A DNA stretch of 63,129 bases, counting the filler, from Octopus bimaculoides (lineage: Eukaryota): NCBI RefSeq assembly GCF_001194135.2. It is 4 parts of 4 records of this genome, joined end to end, with 100 filler letters (N's around TTAATTAATTAA, not from the genome) between each part and the next. Parts side by side here need not be neighbours in the genome. Positions count along the whole stretch, not along the records: positions 1 to 24,409 come from NC_068986.1; positions 24,510 to 47,644 come from NC_068984.1; 2 more parts are not named here. One strand, given 5' to 3'. The position numbers were made by a program, and so were the translations under genes. Below, one piece after another: positions 24,242-36,851 of this stretch (the first letter of the stretch is position 1; each line of letters starts with the position of its first letter). The notes beneath the pieces are model-generated. The model saw nothing but the letters and a program-made list of their open reading frames with translations. It searched no databases and had not been told where the DNA came from.

Positions 24242-24325
24242 ATTATAATTAAGGGTATCTAAGAGATACCACCATGCTTGAAATAGCAGCCATGGTGGTA
24301 TCTCTTAGATACCCTTAATTATAAT
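24242..24325. repeat. Perfect inverted repeat, 35-bp arms with a 14-nt loop (possible micro-MITE)
   Basis: Arms 24242-24276 and 24291-24325 are exact reverse complements. The internal arrangement is TTAA-GGGTATC...GATACCC-TTAA. Confidence 0.9.
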
Positions 24326-24409
24326 TTTAATAATAATTATTACCTTTTGAGGTTTCTATTCCCATGCTGGCCACCTGATAGGATCGGTATTTTAAATAAC
24401 GATCATATC

Positions 24410-24509
24410 NNNNNNNNNNNNNNNNNNNNNNNNNNNNNNNNNNNNNNNNNNNNTTAATTAATTAANNNNNNNNNNNNNNNNNNNNNNNNNNNNNNNNNNN
24501 NNNNNNNNN
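24410..24509. other. Assembly spacer 44N-TTAATTAATTAA-44N (also at 47645-47744 and 59371-59470)
   Basis: An identical 100-base pattern occurs three times, and TTAATTAATTAA gives stops in all six frames. Confidence 0.95.
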
Positions 24510-25290
24510 ATATACCATGCTGAGATTTATGCTCCCACCTATCAGCCAATTGTTTCAACGCATTTTGTTTTGCTATTGATTTCACCACGATATCATCACT
24601 GAATGCTTTCACAGTACGTAGTAATCCTTCAAGCTCATTATCGTCTTCGCCATAGAATTTTAAGTCAGCCAAACATAGGAGATTACTTATTTTATTGTCN
24701 NNNNNNNNNTAAAGCTTTTCTTCATTGTCAATTAGTCCTGAGTTCCGTAGCCACTCATGGGTGTGCTTCTGGTCTACGTCAGCTTGTTTGCTACAGTCCA
24801 CATATATACCATGCTGAGATTTATGCTCCCACCTATCAGCCAATTGTTTCAACGCATTTTGTTTTGCTATTGATTTCACCACGATATCATCACTGAATGC
24901 TTTCACAGTACGTAGTAATCCTTCAAGCTCATTATCGTCTTCGCCATAGAATTTTAAGTCAGCCAAACATAGGAGATTACTTATTTTATTGTCTTCAATT
25001 TTATACCCATACCCTGTTCTGTTAAGTTCACTTGTAAGGGGTATTAGGTCTATGCAAAAAGATAAAGATGAATGTATGTCACCTTGGAAAATGTCGCAGT
25101 TGATATCAATATTTATTCTGATCAGTATTCCATTAGAGTGGTATAATTAGAGACTCGTATTCCACACTGACATGTTGTACTTTAGGTTTGAGAAAGTTTG
25201 AAGATATCCAGCGATTTCGAGATCCATGAATGCGTTATGCAGTGAAAGACCTTTTTATCACCAATCCATGTGGAAGTGAGATTTCTGCGT
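24510..25290 (-). mobile_element. RLE-type (R4/NeSL-like) LINE RT fragment with an internal deletion
   Basis: HSWISKSLDIF...DIFQGDIHSSLSFCIDLIPLTSELNRTGYGY...KISNLLCLADLKFY...VKAFSDDI is joined directly to W..KSQHG...HEWLRNSGL. The segment 24510-24699 exactly duplicates 24804-24993. Confidence 0.85.
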
Positions 25291-25384
25291 TTGTAATGGC
25301 AGTAATCAAGGATCATGCGATTCATTAAGAGTTGGTCTTTGCACGCAAAATAGATTACGCAGTTGAAAAGATTTCAACCATCAT

Positions 25385-26160
25385 GTTAAGTAACATTAGA
25401 TGCCAAGAGCCTTCCTAAGTAACGTAACTGTCTCCAACAATACTGTTTATGGAACTGCACGAAACTAGGTTTTATACTTATTTTCTTTATCCATCTGTTC
25501 AAATCTTTAGGGATACTTCTTAATGCACCCATAACTACAGAGATACAACTCATCCACATTTTTCCACAGCCTCTGTAACCCAATAGCTCGATCTTGCTAT
25601 TTTGTTGTTCTCTGTACACGTCTCATATTGACTACCTCATCATTTAGGACTGGCACTTGCTATTCTCTGGCTGCTACTATTAAATGAGGCCTTCTAGTTT
25701 CTATTACTCTGGCAGTCTGATTGTTAAAATCTCTCGTCTTATACTTCTTACTTTCTAGTACTTTACATGGTTCATGTTCATACCATTTATCAGTATGACC
25801 AAGTTCTAGCTTTCTACATAACCCCCAGTCGACTATTCTCCTTAGGCTATCATCTATTTTTCTGCCTTCTTTCTGTGTCAGCGTCCTACATTCACAGACT
25901 AGATGTGTAAAATTTCCTTTCTTTGATTTATATAACATACAATAGTTATCGTCTACACTGATTTTTGTCTATCTTCGATTTTATCTAATTAGTCTTTGAT
26001 GTCCATCTTGTGCAGCTGCTAACAAACGTTCTGTCTCCTTTCTGAGTCTTCCTTTCTTAAACGACAACGATGTTTCACTATTAGTATTTTCTTCTAATCT
26101 GTTTGGAAATCTAACTCTTCTGCAAACTCTTCTTCTGCCAGTCAGATGACCTTACTTCAT
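25385..26160 (-). mobile_element. RLE-type LINE C-terminus (Zn knuckle plus restriction-like endonuclease), decayed
   Basis: HLVCECRTLTQKE...RIVDWGLC.K.EL.H.DKWYEHEP.KVLES...DF..QT.RVIETRRPHLIV...VVMGAL. Confidence 0.82.
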
Positions 26161-26219
26161 TTATTCTGATTTTTCAAAAACTACATTTGGCTTTTTAGTT
26201 TCCCTTTCTCCTAATGTTA

Positions 26220-26665
26220 CAGACAGACAGACAGAGAGACAGATAGATAGGTAAGTAGGTAGGTCAGTCGGTTTGTAGGTATGTATGAATGTATGTAAGT
26301 ATGTATGTATGTATGCATTATGTATGTATGTAGGTAAGTAGGTAGGTAGATAGGTAGGTAGGTAGGTAGGTAGGTAGGTAGGTAGGTAGGTAGGTAGGTA
26401 GGTAGGTAGGTGGGTGGGTGGGTGGTTTTTTGGTGGTCTTTTGGGTAGGTAGATAGGTAGGTAGGTAGGTTGGTAGGTAGGTAAGCAGGTAGCTACGTAA
26501 GTAGCTAGGACGGCAGACAGAAAGCCAGATAGATGGATGGATGGATCGATCGATCTGTCGAGCGATCGATTAATGGGTAGATAGATACATACATACGTAC
26601 ATACATACATAGAGAGATAGATACATACATACATACATACATACATACATACATACATACATACA

Positions 26666-26697
<32 letters not shown>

Positions 26698-26700
26698 CAG
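26220..26700. repeat. (GTAG)n/(GATG)n/(TACA)n tetranucleotide microsatellites
   Basis: Direct sequence. Confidence 0.93.
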
Positions 26701-27519
26701 ATGTATATAACTAGTTTCCGTTGTATTGTTTACTTGAGTTACAAACGGTAAACAGACTACTAGAAACCTGCGTGAAAGTTGTTGATCATGTGGCATCAGT
26801 CAATGAAGTACAAAGAGAGTGAGATGAGGGTTGTAAAAAGAAGTTCCATAGCAAACAAAGAAGAAAAAAAACGTTAGCAGACTGAGATGCATCTTAAGAT
26901 ATGAGTTACTTCTGTAAGCCTAAGGTCCATGAGAGGTTCCAGGTAGAAAATTCTGTGAAAGAAGTTATTACTATTAGGATTTACAACAGAAACATAAGAT
27001 GTAATAAGAAAGGAACTGATAACGAAAGTATATAGCGAAATTTATTTTGTAAAGAAGATTAGAAGACAGTAAATCTCATCCCTTCGAGGCTGAAATTATT
27101 ATGCGTAGATTGAATATAATCTAGTAACATCGCTGCTGGATTCTCTGTGGGAATGGACTATGTTTCTGGAGCCATCTATCTGGGTAATGTATACAGACGT
27201 CAAGTAGTAACATTTGCATCTATCTCTTCGATATTATGTGCAAAGTATTACACATTTTCATATTTCTCAAATACTTTATCGTCATATATCACGATCTGCG
27301 TTACAGCTGTACACTGATTTTTAATGAAATAAGGGAATTATGTAAACCCGTTGAATTTATTCATTTATTCAAATTGCATATACACCGCGTAATTTTAGGA
27401 GTTTACTTTTATTCTTTGAATTAATTTATTATAACCACAATGTTGTTGTTAACACCATGTATGACAGGTTAATTTGCCTTTATAATATTTTGTTTCATAT
27501 TACCAAGTTTCACTCTCAG

Positions 27520-27561
27520 AAGAATCGCTTTTGGAAATATGGAAACATAATGCTGGGATTG
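27520..27561 (+). CDS. Candidate 42-nt internal exon
   Basis: tttcactctcag| acceptor and TTG|gtgagc donor. Open as ESLLEIWKHNAGI (phase 1) or KNRFWKYGNIMLGL (phase 0). Confidence 0.3.
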
Positions 27562-30277
27562 GTGAGCTACTATTGAAAGAGTTAGAGATAATTTAATGAT
27601 AATCCAATTCAACGACGCAGTTTCAATTTTCATGTCTTTGTACATGACTTTAAACCTGTGAAGAAAATATCGACGCTGCAATGGACACTTTTCTTCCATT
27701 GATTAATGATGGACATTTCTTTTGTGTGAAGAAAAAAATTACGTTGACTAGATAAAGGACATCATTATATTGTTACAGAAATGAAAAAGTCTCTGGTAAA
27801 AAAAAGTGCGCACCATCTATCTCTGTGTCATGCAAAAAGGAATTTCATCCTTGGTAGTTAAAATTTCGCAGCTTAACAATTTGATAGATTTAATAACAGT
27901 AGAAATTTAGATGACATTTCCAAGTCAAATTAAAATCTTAACCTACACTCCACATCGTCTTAGACGAAAAACAAGTGCTGAATACATGTATGCACTACGA
28001 TAGGTGATTGGTAGTTAGTCTACACGCAAAGCAACTAAAAGGCAAAAAAAAAAAAGAGAGAGAGAAAGAATTCGGACATCACACAGCCTGCATTATGCCA
28101 TCAATTATAACCGAATCATCTGTTCCACCACATCAGTTTCTTAATAAATACTCTTCGATTCTATCTCTATCATTATTACGCTTCCTAATCGCCAATTATA
28201 ACAATACTCCACGAGAAGACCAACTATAGCCATTTATATTTCGATAAACAAAAAACTTCCATTCCAGAGCCAATTATCTATATCCAATGACACAAACCTT
28301 ACATCACTCGATATGTTAGGAACAGCAGTGAAATATCGCTCAAATCACCTCTTATAAGCATAAGATAATGACGGTTCTATAAGACATTCTAGTGCTGGAT
28401 ACACTGTGCATAAAATCAAACCCAGGGAGTTGTGTGGCGGTAACTAACGCCTTCGATTAAAATTTTGCTTGATTAGGAATGGCGTTGGTCTGAAAAACAC
28501 GAAAAACTAATACTGATACCTTTCATACAAGTGACAGAGTTGAACATGATATGAAAACCTGTATATGTAACAATACCATATACAGAAACTAGCTGTTTCT
28601 AACCTCTTATCCAATAAGTATCTGTTATGTTAATCTATCACATGATACATTGGCATGCATTTCTTTCTGTCAAACATCCTCACGTATAAACACCTACAAT
28701 CTCCTGTCAACCTGTCAATATATGATTAACCTCATGACAGTCATTTCAAATCACAAAATCTGCAAAACTTTCGAGAGTCAACTTCCCTTATTCGTAAACA
28801 TCTATGTACAGAGGCTAACCTAAGGAAACTTAGACGAATCACCTTCAATCTGTATTGAGGATCTCTAAAGTAGCCTCCATTGAATATATGAATATCAGTA
28901 AATCAACAACTATGTCAAGAGGTAGATGCTACATATATCTAGACATTTTATTACATTTAACTCAACTCACGAACAGACCACTAAAACATTATTTCTAAAA
29001 ACGTAGGTTATGTGTATTTAATAGCTTCAGAAAAATATTTTCAAAATTATTCAGGAATGATAGTGTGCAACTGTTCTGTTCAGCATAATGAAATTTCGTA
29101 TGTCACTGGTTTAGCAGCAAAATCACCTCACTGTTCAAAAACTGTCTTAAATGAAGATGAATATATTGGCTCCAGATATACCCTAATGACAGAATGGCTT
29201 CTGATGCAACATATTTAAACATACATCGTATTCATCATCAGGTGAAGTGGTTTCAAAACAATTGTATCACCACTGATTAAAGTACATACAAAATACAGAA
29301 CTAACGTTAATGTCAATTGAGTTGGTGTTAGTGACATATGCACAAATATACAAAATAACGAAGATACGTTTGAGCCATATGCAGCGCATACTCATTAATA
29401 CAGTGCGCAGAGAAATATTTTCATGAGATTGGGATTACAGAAGAGATAGAGGATCGTATACATTGATGTCAACGAGCAAATATGCAGAGAAACGCATTAA
29501 TTCGACTTCACATGAGCTTACTGTCAGGTGATTAGATGAAACTGCAACTCACAAGAACCTCAGAGACGGCAATTTCATCAGATTAGTTTAGAAATAATGA
29601 ATACGGATTTTTAAAAATCAAAGACCGGCATATACACAGATATCAGATATTCATGAACACACACAATTACACAGTTAAATGGTCCTGATTTACTGTCAGG
29701 TGACTTTTGGCCAACCCTATATATACATACATAAGTACATATGAGAGTTCTACGTTAGTATGACAAAAGTGTGCACAACTGTTTTTGCTTAATATTGGAG
29801 TGCAGTGACGTGCCTAATTATTAACAGCTGTTTCAGTCTTGCCTTCACGTCACCGGTCTTTAAATCGGGTGTTTCCTTTTGTATGGTTTATCTTCAACAT
29901 TAAATTCTCTGTCATTATATATCTTAGTCGAATATTAATATTGCTCTTGAGTTAAAATAGCGGAAGGGGATACTCTTCCCATAAGCATAATTTGAACGTC
30001 TTACCACCAGTTAATATAAAGCCTGTGTAAATGTCTATATATATATAATACCAAAACAAAGAACCAGATTACACACTTTTACAAAAAGTTTAGGTAAAAA
30101 TAAAAATATACACCACAGTAACATAATACATCTAGTTATGTCGACTAGTATACAGTTTACAATATATCAAAATTGTCTTATTCGGCATTGACTAAACATT
30201 TTCCCACAGACAGCAAATATTATAAGATTTTTAATAAAGAAAAAATTCGTAGCTTTTTTTTTCTTAGCTTTTTCTAG

Positions 30278-30402
30278 CACAAATTATAGCAGCACGCATT
30301 AGTAAATTTAATAGTTTCCATATGAACAATAGCAATAATAGTAATAAGAATTATAACTACAGATCCAAAAATAGCAACAATGACAACACTAGTGAACAGA
30401 CC
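30278..30402 (+). CDS. Candidate 125-nt exon (Asn/Ser-rich)
   Basis: ttttttcttagctttttctag| acceptor and ACC|gtaagt consensus donor. Only phase 1 is open: AQIIAARISKFNSFHMNNSNNSNKNYNYRSKNSNNDNTSEQT. The frame stays open to 30612 if the donor is skipped. Confidence 0.35.
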
Positions 30403-30564
30403 GTAAGTAATACAACTACGTATCAGGATAGAAACTATGGTTTGACAACCAATACAATAGAAGAAACCCGAGTGAACTCCCCCGGTAGCCTGGCAGTATA
30501 TGTGAATCCTAAAAACCATATTACTCAGAATGTTGTCTATGTGCAAAAGACCAATACCTTAGAA

Positions 30565-30778
30565 CAAAGGTTCCCAACGGGGGTCACATGCCCCCCACCC
30601 AGGGCCATTTGAACCTCGAGGGGGAGTTTTGGAGTAAATGGGCGCTAAGGGGCGTTAAGAGAATTGGCCGCCAGAGGGGCGGGCGCTGGAAGACCCTCAA
30701 CTTTTAAAGTTTAATTTGTTCCCAACTTTGACTCTCCACAAGTCCTAAATTATATTTTAGAATTGATGGGAGCAACTG
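30565..30778. mobile_element. Possible old hAT-type MITE
   Basis: Begins caaaggttcccaac (similar to hAT CAGGGGTTCCCAA ends) with a GC-rich body. The right TIR (9/14) and the 8-bp TSD (5/8) are only weakly supported. Confidence 0.35.
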
Positions 30779-30789
30779 TCATTGAAGAC

Positions 30790-30960
30790 TCATACTGTGG
30801 TTGAATGCTCGAAATGAGGAGTAGATAGACGGCCGACAACTGATGAACGGTCGTTTCTCTGTGTTTACTTGTGTTCTCCATTTTGTCTCTAGCTGATTAC
30901 ATATTTCATGTTGTTTACACTGTTGGTAACGTCCTGTACTCATATATGCATCCATGCTTT
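30790..30960 (+). repeat. Dispersed repeat, possibly Penelope terminal-repeat type (second copy at about 58400-58580)
   Basis: Shared motif ggccgacaactgatgaacggtcg versus cagccgacaacttatgaagggtcg, followed by a T-rich tract. Confidence 0.5.
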
Positions 30961-31718
30961 ACTTCCCCCTTACATTTCCACGGGTAGTTTCTATTCTGTT
31001 TTTTTAACATATTTCTATTATATATATATATATANNNNNNNNNNNNNNNNNNNNNNNNNNNNNNNNNNNNNNNNNNNNNNNNNNNNNNNNNNNNNNNNNN
31101 NNNNNNNNNNNNNNNNNNNNNNNNNNNNNNNNNNNNNNNNNNNNNNNNNNNNNNNNNNNNNNNNNNNNNNNNNNNNNNNNNNNNNNNNNNNNNNNNNNNN
31201 NNNNNNNNNNNNNNNNNNNNNNNNNNNNNNNNNNNNNNNNNNNNNNNNNNNNNNNNNNNNNNNNNNNNNNNNNNNNNNNNNNNNNNNNNNNNNNNNNNNN
31301 NNNNNNNNNNNNNNNNNNNNNNNNNNNNNNNNNNNNNNNNNNNNNNNNNNNNNNNNNNNNNNNNNNNNNNNNNNNNNNNNNNNNNNNNNNNNNNNNNNNN
31401 NNNNNNNNNNNNNNNNNNNNNNNNNNNNNNNNNNNNNNNNNNNNNNNNNNNNNNNNNNNNNNNNNNNNNNNNNNNNNNNNNNNNNNNNNNNNNNNNNNNN
31501 NNNNNNNNNNNNNNNNNNNNNNNNNNNNNNNNNNNNNNNNNNNNNNNNNNNNNNNNNNNNNNNNNNNNNNNNNNNNNNNNNNNNNNNNNNNNNNNNNNNN
31601 NNNNNNNNNNNNNNNNNNNNNNATATTTATGCGGCAATGATTACCAATGTGAGGCAAAAACTCCAAGATGCCGTTAGAAAAAGCAAACGCACATGCTGAC
31701 GCACAAGCCCCCCCCCCT

Positions 31719-31754
<36 letters not shown>

Positions 31755-33871
31755 CACATTAATTCATAGTTAATTTGTATTTAAAATTGTAATGCTTAAA
31801 CATCAAAATAAACATTATGGCAGTGAATTTGAAGAATAATATAATGTTTCACTCAAGAGCCAAATACAACTTTCGCGTGTGGGCCGATAAATTAATAAAG
31901 TATGCGTTTATGGTGCACCACAGAAATCGTTGCACTAAATGCCCCGATGATATTAGTATATCAGATTTTTAGAAAGGACATGTGAAATATAGAATTCTTT
32001 TAATTCAAGACTAGAAGAACATGTTCAAATAAAGACTTGTGGCAAATGGGAAAATTGATTTCTGTAATATTTTTGCAGAAACACACGCACATATATAGAT
32101 ACATATATAGATGTATATATATATACACACATGCACACACACACATATATATATACACACACACATATATATAAATATATACATACACATATATATGTAT
32201 ATGTATATATGTATGTTTTTTTTGTGTTTTTGTGTGTCTGTGTCTTTGTGTATACGTGTGTGTGCGCGCGTGTGAGGGTGTGTGTACGTGTGTGTGAGTA
32301 TTTGTGTGTGTAAAGTCTATTCATGTATGTCCTTTAACGCCACTTCTTCAACTGCAGTCAGGTAAATTATTTAGTATCTTCTAAAAGCTGCCTGATAAAA
32401 TATGTGGAAGCTTTTCCGTAGACTGAACCCGACCATCATAAATAGGAGACAATTCAAAATTTATCCTATATTCGATAAATTTTATATACCTGTTGCATCC
32501 TTGCACGCTTCTGGTAATTCATAAACATCAAACTGTATATTTTGCAAAGTACTGCTACATATTTATCTATTGGTTAACAAGTGCCCAGTAACATAACATA
32601 AGTATACAGCGCTGTTTTATAGATACAGAAACATATGGAATTATATCAACCAATGTCATAGTAAGAAAATAAGCTTGAAAGCAACGCAGATACATATTTC
32701 GTGTCAAAGAGGAAACAAAATAAACGAAACTGTTTTAGAAGCAATTATGTAAAACGTGTCCATGTCTGCTAGAAAGAGGAAATCATAAGATGCGATGACT
32801 ACATGTAGAAGAATATGAGCATTCCATGATAAATTCTCATAGCTCCTAAAAAATAGACGCGTAAAGTAAGCCATAAAACCGAATAGATTTTAAGAGAAGA
32901 TTTTTGTTTCGTTTTTCTATTATTTGATTTTTCTGAAGAAACTTTATGTAATTTTTTTTATATCACATACTTAAACATCTGCTGTTTATCCCTGCTTTGC
33001 ATGTTAGTTAGAGAGACCAATCCTATTTTTTCAATCATTCCTTGATTGAAAGCTGAATGGAATTCTTAACAAATACGACCAAGTGCGTTCATTTCTTTCT
33101 TTCTTTTTTTCCTCTCTTTTTGACTCTGTATTATTTGTTGAATGATTACTTTTTTATAAACATCATTGTATTTATCTTTTTGCACCAAATAGCTCTAACA
33201 TATATTCCCAGTTACTATTAAGACACTCTTTTTGGGATAAGTTCACACATCTCAGCTCTCCTTAATCAACAATCTTACATTATGTTATTTTCTTTAGTTG
33301 GCTTAACTTGGTGGTTATGGAGTGCAATGCATTGATAGGAGACAAAAGGCAGAAAAAACGTGTAAACTATTTCTTCCCTTGCCTTTTTACTGCGCTTCAA
33401 TTGCTTCAAAAATATTATTGCATGTAGAAACTTGTTTGTTGAATGATAGCATTGCTAATGCAATGGAGTAAATATGTGTTTTCATCATGTCACAGTTAAT
33501 AGCAAACTTCCTACAATTTAAATATTTAACATGAATGTTTGCCAATACCTCCGGGGTTGTTATTAGGAAGGTCGTCACAAAATTTTCTGAATGACACTCA
33601 GCTTTTCAAGCAATTAGAAGAAAATATATTATGAATAAAAAGTTACGTAAACATATTAACTTCCCTTACCCAGAGATAATTTTTTCCTAATTTCAATACT
33701 GCGAGACAGTTCTACATCAGTTTTCCTCTTTCCAATATGGTGTATTTATCTCTTGCATTCTTACACGAAATCAATTGATTTCAAGAATGTATTAACATAT
33801 ACTGTGATATTGAGCGGGCAGGCACACGCAAAATGCAGACATATACAAGGTACCTACATACATATGCGTAT

Positions 33872-33924
<53 letters not shown>

Positions 33925-34582
33925 GTAGGTATTGTAAATTTTTGAGGTAATGCTTGATACGTGTAAGCACCTGTATATGCCAGATAGTGGTCGAGGTAAA
34001 AGAATATATTAAAACGTAAAATGAAAACAGAACACAAAGGATTCCGCAGTACACGTGTTTCAAGCTTTATACACAAACTGTCGTTGCATCATTATATGAG
34101 TATATAATTGATAGAAAGGATGGTTTAAAGCTATCTTCAGCCGCAAACATTTTCAGTCCCAAGATTACATCACAAAGAAAAAAGAAAAAGAGAGAGAAAA
34201 AGGGAAAGTTCACTTAGTATTATCCATTGTAATAAGCTTATCCTTTGAATTGTTATATCTGCATAAATGTTTGTTGGTATTCAAAAATCTATCCATATTG
34301 TACCACAATTCAGGGTAGAGTGAATGATAAATAGAATGGATTGTATATAACTAGCGTATATGAGATAGGAGAAGATCAAAAATAAAAAAAAGTTAGAGGT
34401 TAAAACAATATAAAATACGAAATAAAACAATATAATATAAGAGATAAAATATAAAAATAATAGAAGTCAAATCGAGGGTAATATTAGAAAAAAATACGGA
34501 TAATAAAGTAAGATGCATATAAGAAAGATTTAGTAGGGTTGTTTTATTTTTTAAATTTTTAGTAGGGTTGTTTTATTTCGTA

Positions 34583-35062
34583 GGGGGTGAACGCTACAGA
34601 GACGTATGTGTTATGGAGAGAGACACGTGGGGTGACCAAAGCCTCATGGTTTGTGGTGCTATAGGCCTGAATCAGAGAATTGAGCCCTATGTATTCCAAA
34701 ATATTGGTGCAGGCAGCGGGAATGGCATCACAGCGGAGCACTACGTTGACCAGATCCTAAGACCTCACATCATGCCCTTCTTCACGCGTAACCATCGTCA
34801 CGTGTTCCAGCAGGACAATGCTCCCTCTCACACGGTCATGGTCACAATGGACTTTCTGCGTCAGCACCACATCAGCTCCATACCGTGGCCGCCTCTCAGC
34901 TCGAATTTGAACCCAATTGAACATCTGTGGGATGAAATCCCCAGACGGCTAAACCTGGAGGTCCCACGTTTGAGAACTCGTGTGGAACTGGAACGTCAGA
35001 TAAAGACTATCTGTGTGGGTGATTACGCCTGTTGTGGTATGAAATGTACAAAACGATATTAA
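34583..35062 (+). pseudogene. Tc1-family transposase C-terminal fragment (DD34E)
   Basis: SLMVCGAIG...FQQDNAPSH...WPPLSSNLNPIEHLWD, with exactly 34 residues between the D and the E. The N-terminus and the first D are missing. Confidence 0.93.
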
Positions 35063-35069
35063 CAAAAAT

Positions 35070-35300
35070 GGCATCCTTAAAGTTATAGAAATGGAGAAGT
35101 TTGTGGAAAGTGTAGGTTTTGGGGAAATGCTGTTTAATTAGCTGCAGGAATTTTCTAGATATACTAAGAAAGACATCTAGATTGGAGCGGAGACGAAACC
35201 AGGTTACCTTTCCTTTCTTAAAACACCTTGAGATTGGCGATTCGAGAAGGAGCTATACCATATACAATAACTTACCTTCAATGGGTCGTAATAATGAGTT
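35070..35300 (-). mobile_element. Penelope-like linker fragment
   Basis: KGKVTWF...SISRKFLQLIKQHFPKTYTFHKLL resembles the same linker as at 3300-3680. Confidence 0.6.
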
Positions 35301-36359
35301 TCCACCTCTGTCTGAAGCTAGTTTTAAAATTCTTTTGCTGATACCTCTAATTTCTTATTACAGCTGGCGAAGATTGGTATGTCTAAAAATGAAAATATTT
35401 TTCTTGATGTTTTTTAAGAGACACAAATTTCAAAATTTGAATTCTAGAGTTAATTCCACGATAACGACTCACGTGGAATGAAATCATTGATGTAGGCTAT
35501 TTTATTCTCACATAAAAACCATTTGAAAATATGTTTACATTCTATATCACGAACTCCGAATTTATGATGCTGTCGATGTGTTCAATAACTACGAGACCAC
35601 AACATGTGAAAGTGAGGTAACCTGCCGTTAAATACAAAGAAAGCAAACGAGATATATTGAGTGCTACTTTCTTCCATTCGATCAACACTCACATTCATAT
35701 GCGCGCATGTGCAGCATCACCTTCTGTACGTGCCCTCAGGTATAGGCGTAAAAGTTATTTCTTTATTCTCTCTGCCACTAATTCCCTTCACCTCTCTCTC
35801 TCTCACTGCATATATGTGTGTCGGTTTGATGGTGAACGCGCGTGTCTGTATGTATGTGTAAATATATGCATATATACATATATGTGTGTGTATGTTTGTG
35901 TGTGTACATATGTATACATAGTTGCGCATGTATATGTATTCATAGTAGTATATTGTTCAATTTAGCCTGGAGATGTTGATTTTACAGGTCGTTGTGATAT
36001 AGAGCTTCTAAATCTGATCTATTTAACGTGGAATATATATGAATAGAATTTGTTCGNNNNNNNNNNNNNNNNNNNNNNNNNNNNNNNNNNNNNNNNNNNN
36101 NNNNNNNNNNNNNNNNNNNNNNNNNNNNNNNNNNNNNNNNNNNNNNNNNNNNNNNNNNNNNNNNNNNNNNNNNNNNNNNNNNNNNNNNNNNNNNNNNNNN
36201 NNNNNNNNNNNNNNNNNNNNNNNNNNNNNNNNNNNNNNNNNNNNNNNNNNNNNNNNNNNNNNNNNNNNNNNNNNNNNNNNNNNNNNNNNNNNNNNNNNNN
36301 NNNNNNNNNNNNNNNNNNNNNNNNNNNNNNNNNNNNNNNNNNNNNNTATTTTATATATC

Positions 36360-36391
<32 letters not shown>

Positions 36392-36820
36392 CATATATTA
36401 TGTATTATATATATGGGGATATGCCCATTCTTTTGTGGAAGCTACAAACGGAATATGACAATGTTAATATCAATTGTATGAGCTTAAGCAGCGTACATCT
36501 AAAAATACGTTGCAATTCGATTCAAGATATAGCCCAGGTCATTCTAACATATGTCTTTCCTCAATATTGCTTAACAAATCATAGATGTTTAGTATAGGCA
36601 CATGACGTAAATATTACGTGCGATTGCGAAATTGGGCCTGCAACTGCAATATATTCATTGAGATACGTACACATAGTTGTGATATGATATTCTCCTTACA
36701 TATATGTACTTATGCATGTGTGTGTGTATGTATGTATACATAGGTGTATATGTAGATATATATGTATATATGTATATGTAGATATATATATATGTATATA
36801 TATGTATATATATACATGTA

Positions 36821-36851
<31 letters not shown>

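Noticed and set aside
24454-24465. TTAATTAATTAA islands inside gaps (also 47689-47700 and 59415-59426)
   Set aside because: The identical 44N+12+44N layout is a synthetic six-frame-stop scaffold spacer.
24510-24993. Exact 190-bp tandem duplication
   Set aside because: The first copy is an entire mini-contig between gaps and is 100% contained in the next contig, so it is redundant assembly. A similar echo occurs across the gap at about 7399-7409.
33298-33600. Possible exons (plus-strand WLNLVVMECNALIGDK..., minus-strand 63-aa ORF)
   Set aside because: No clear donor or phase compatibility, no recognised homology, and lengths are within chance expectation.
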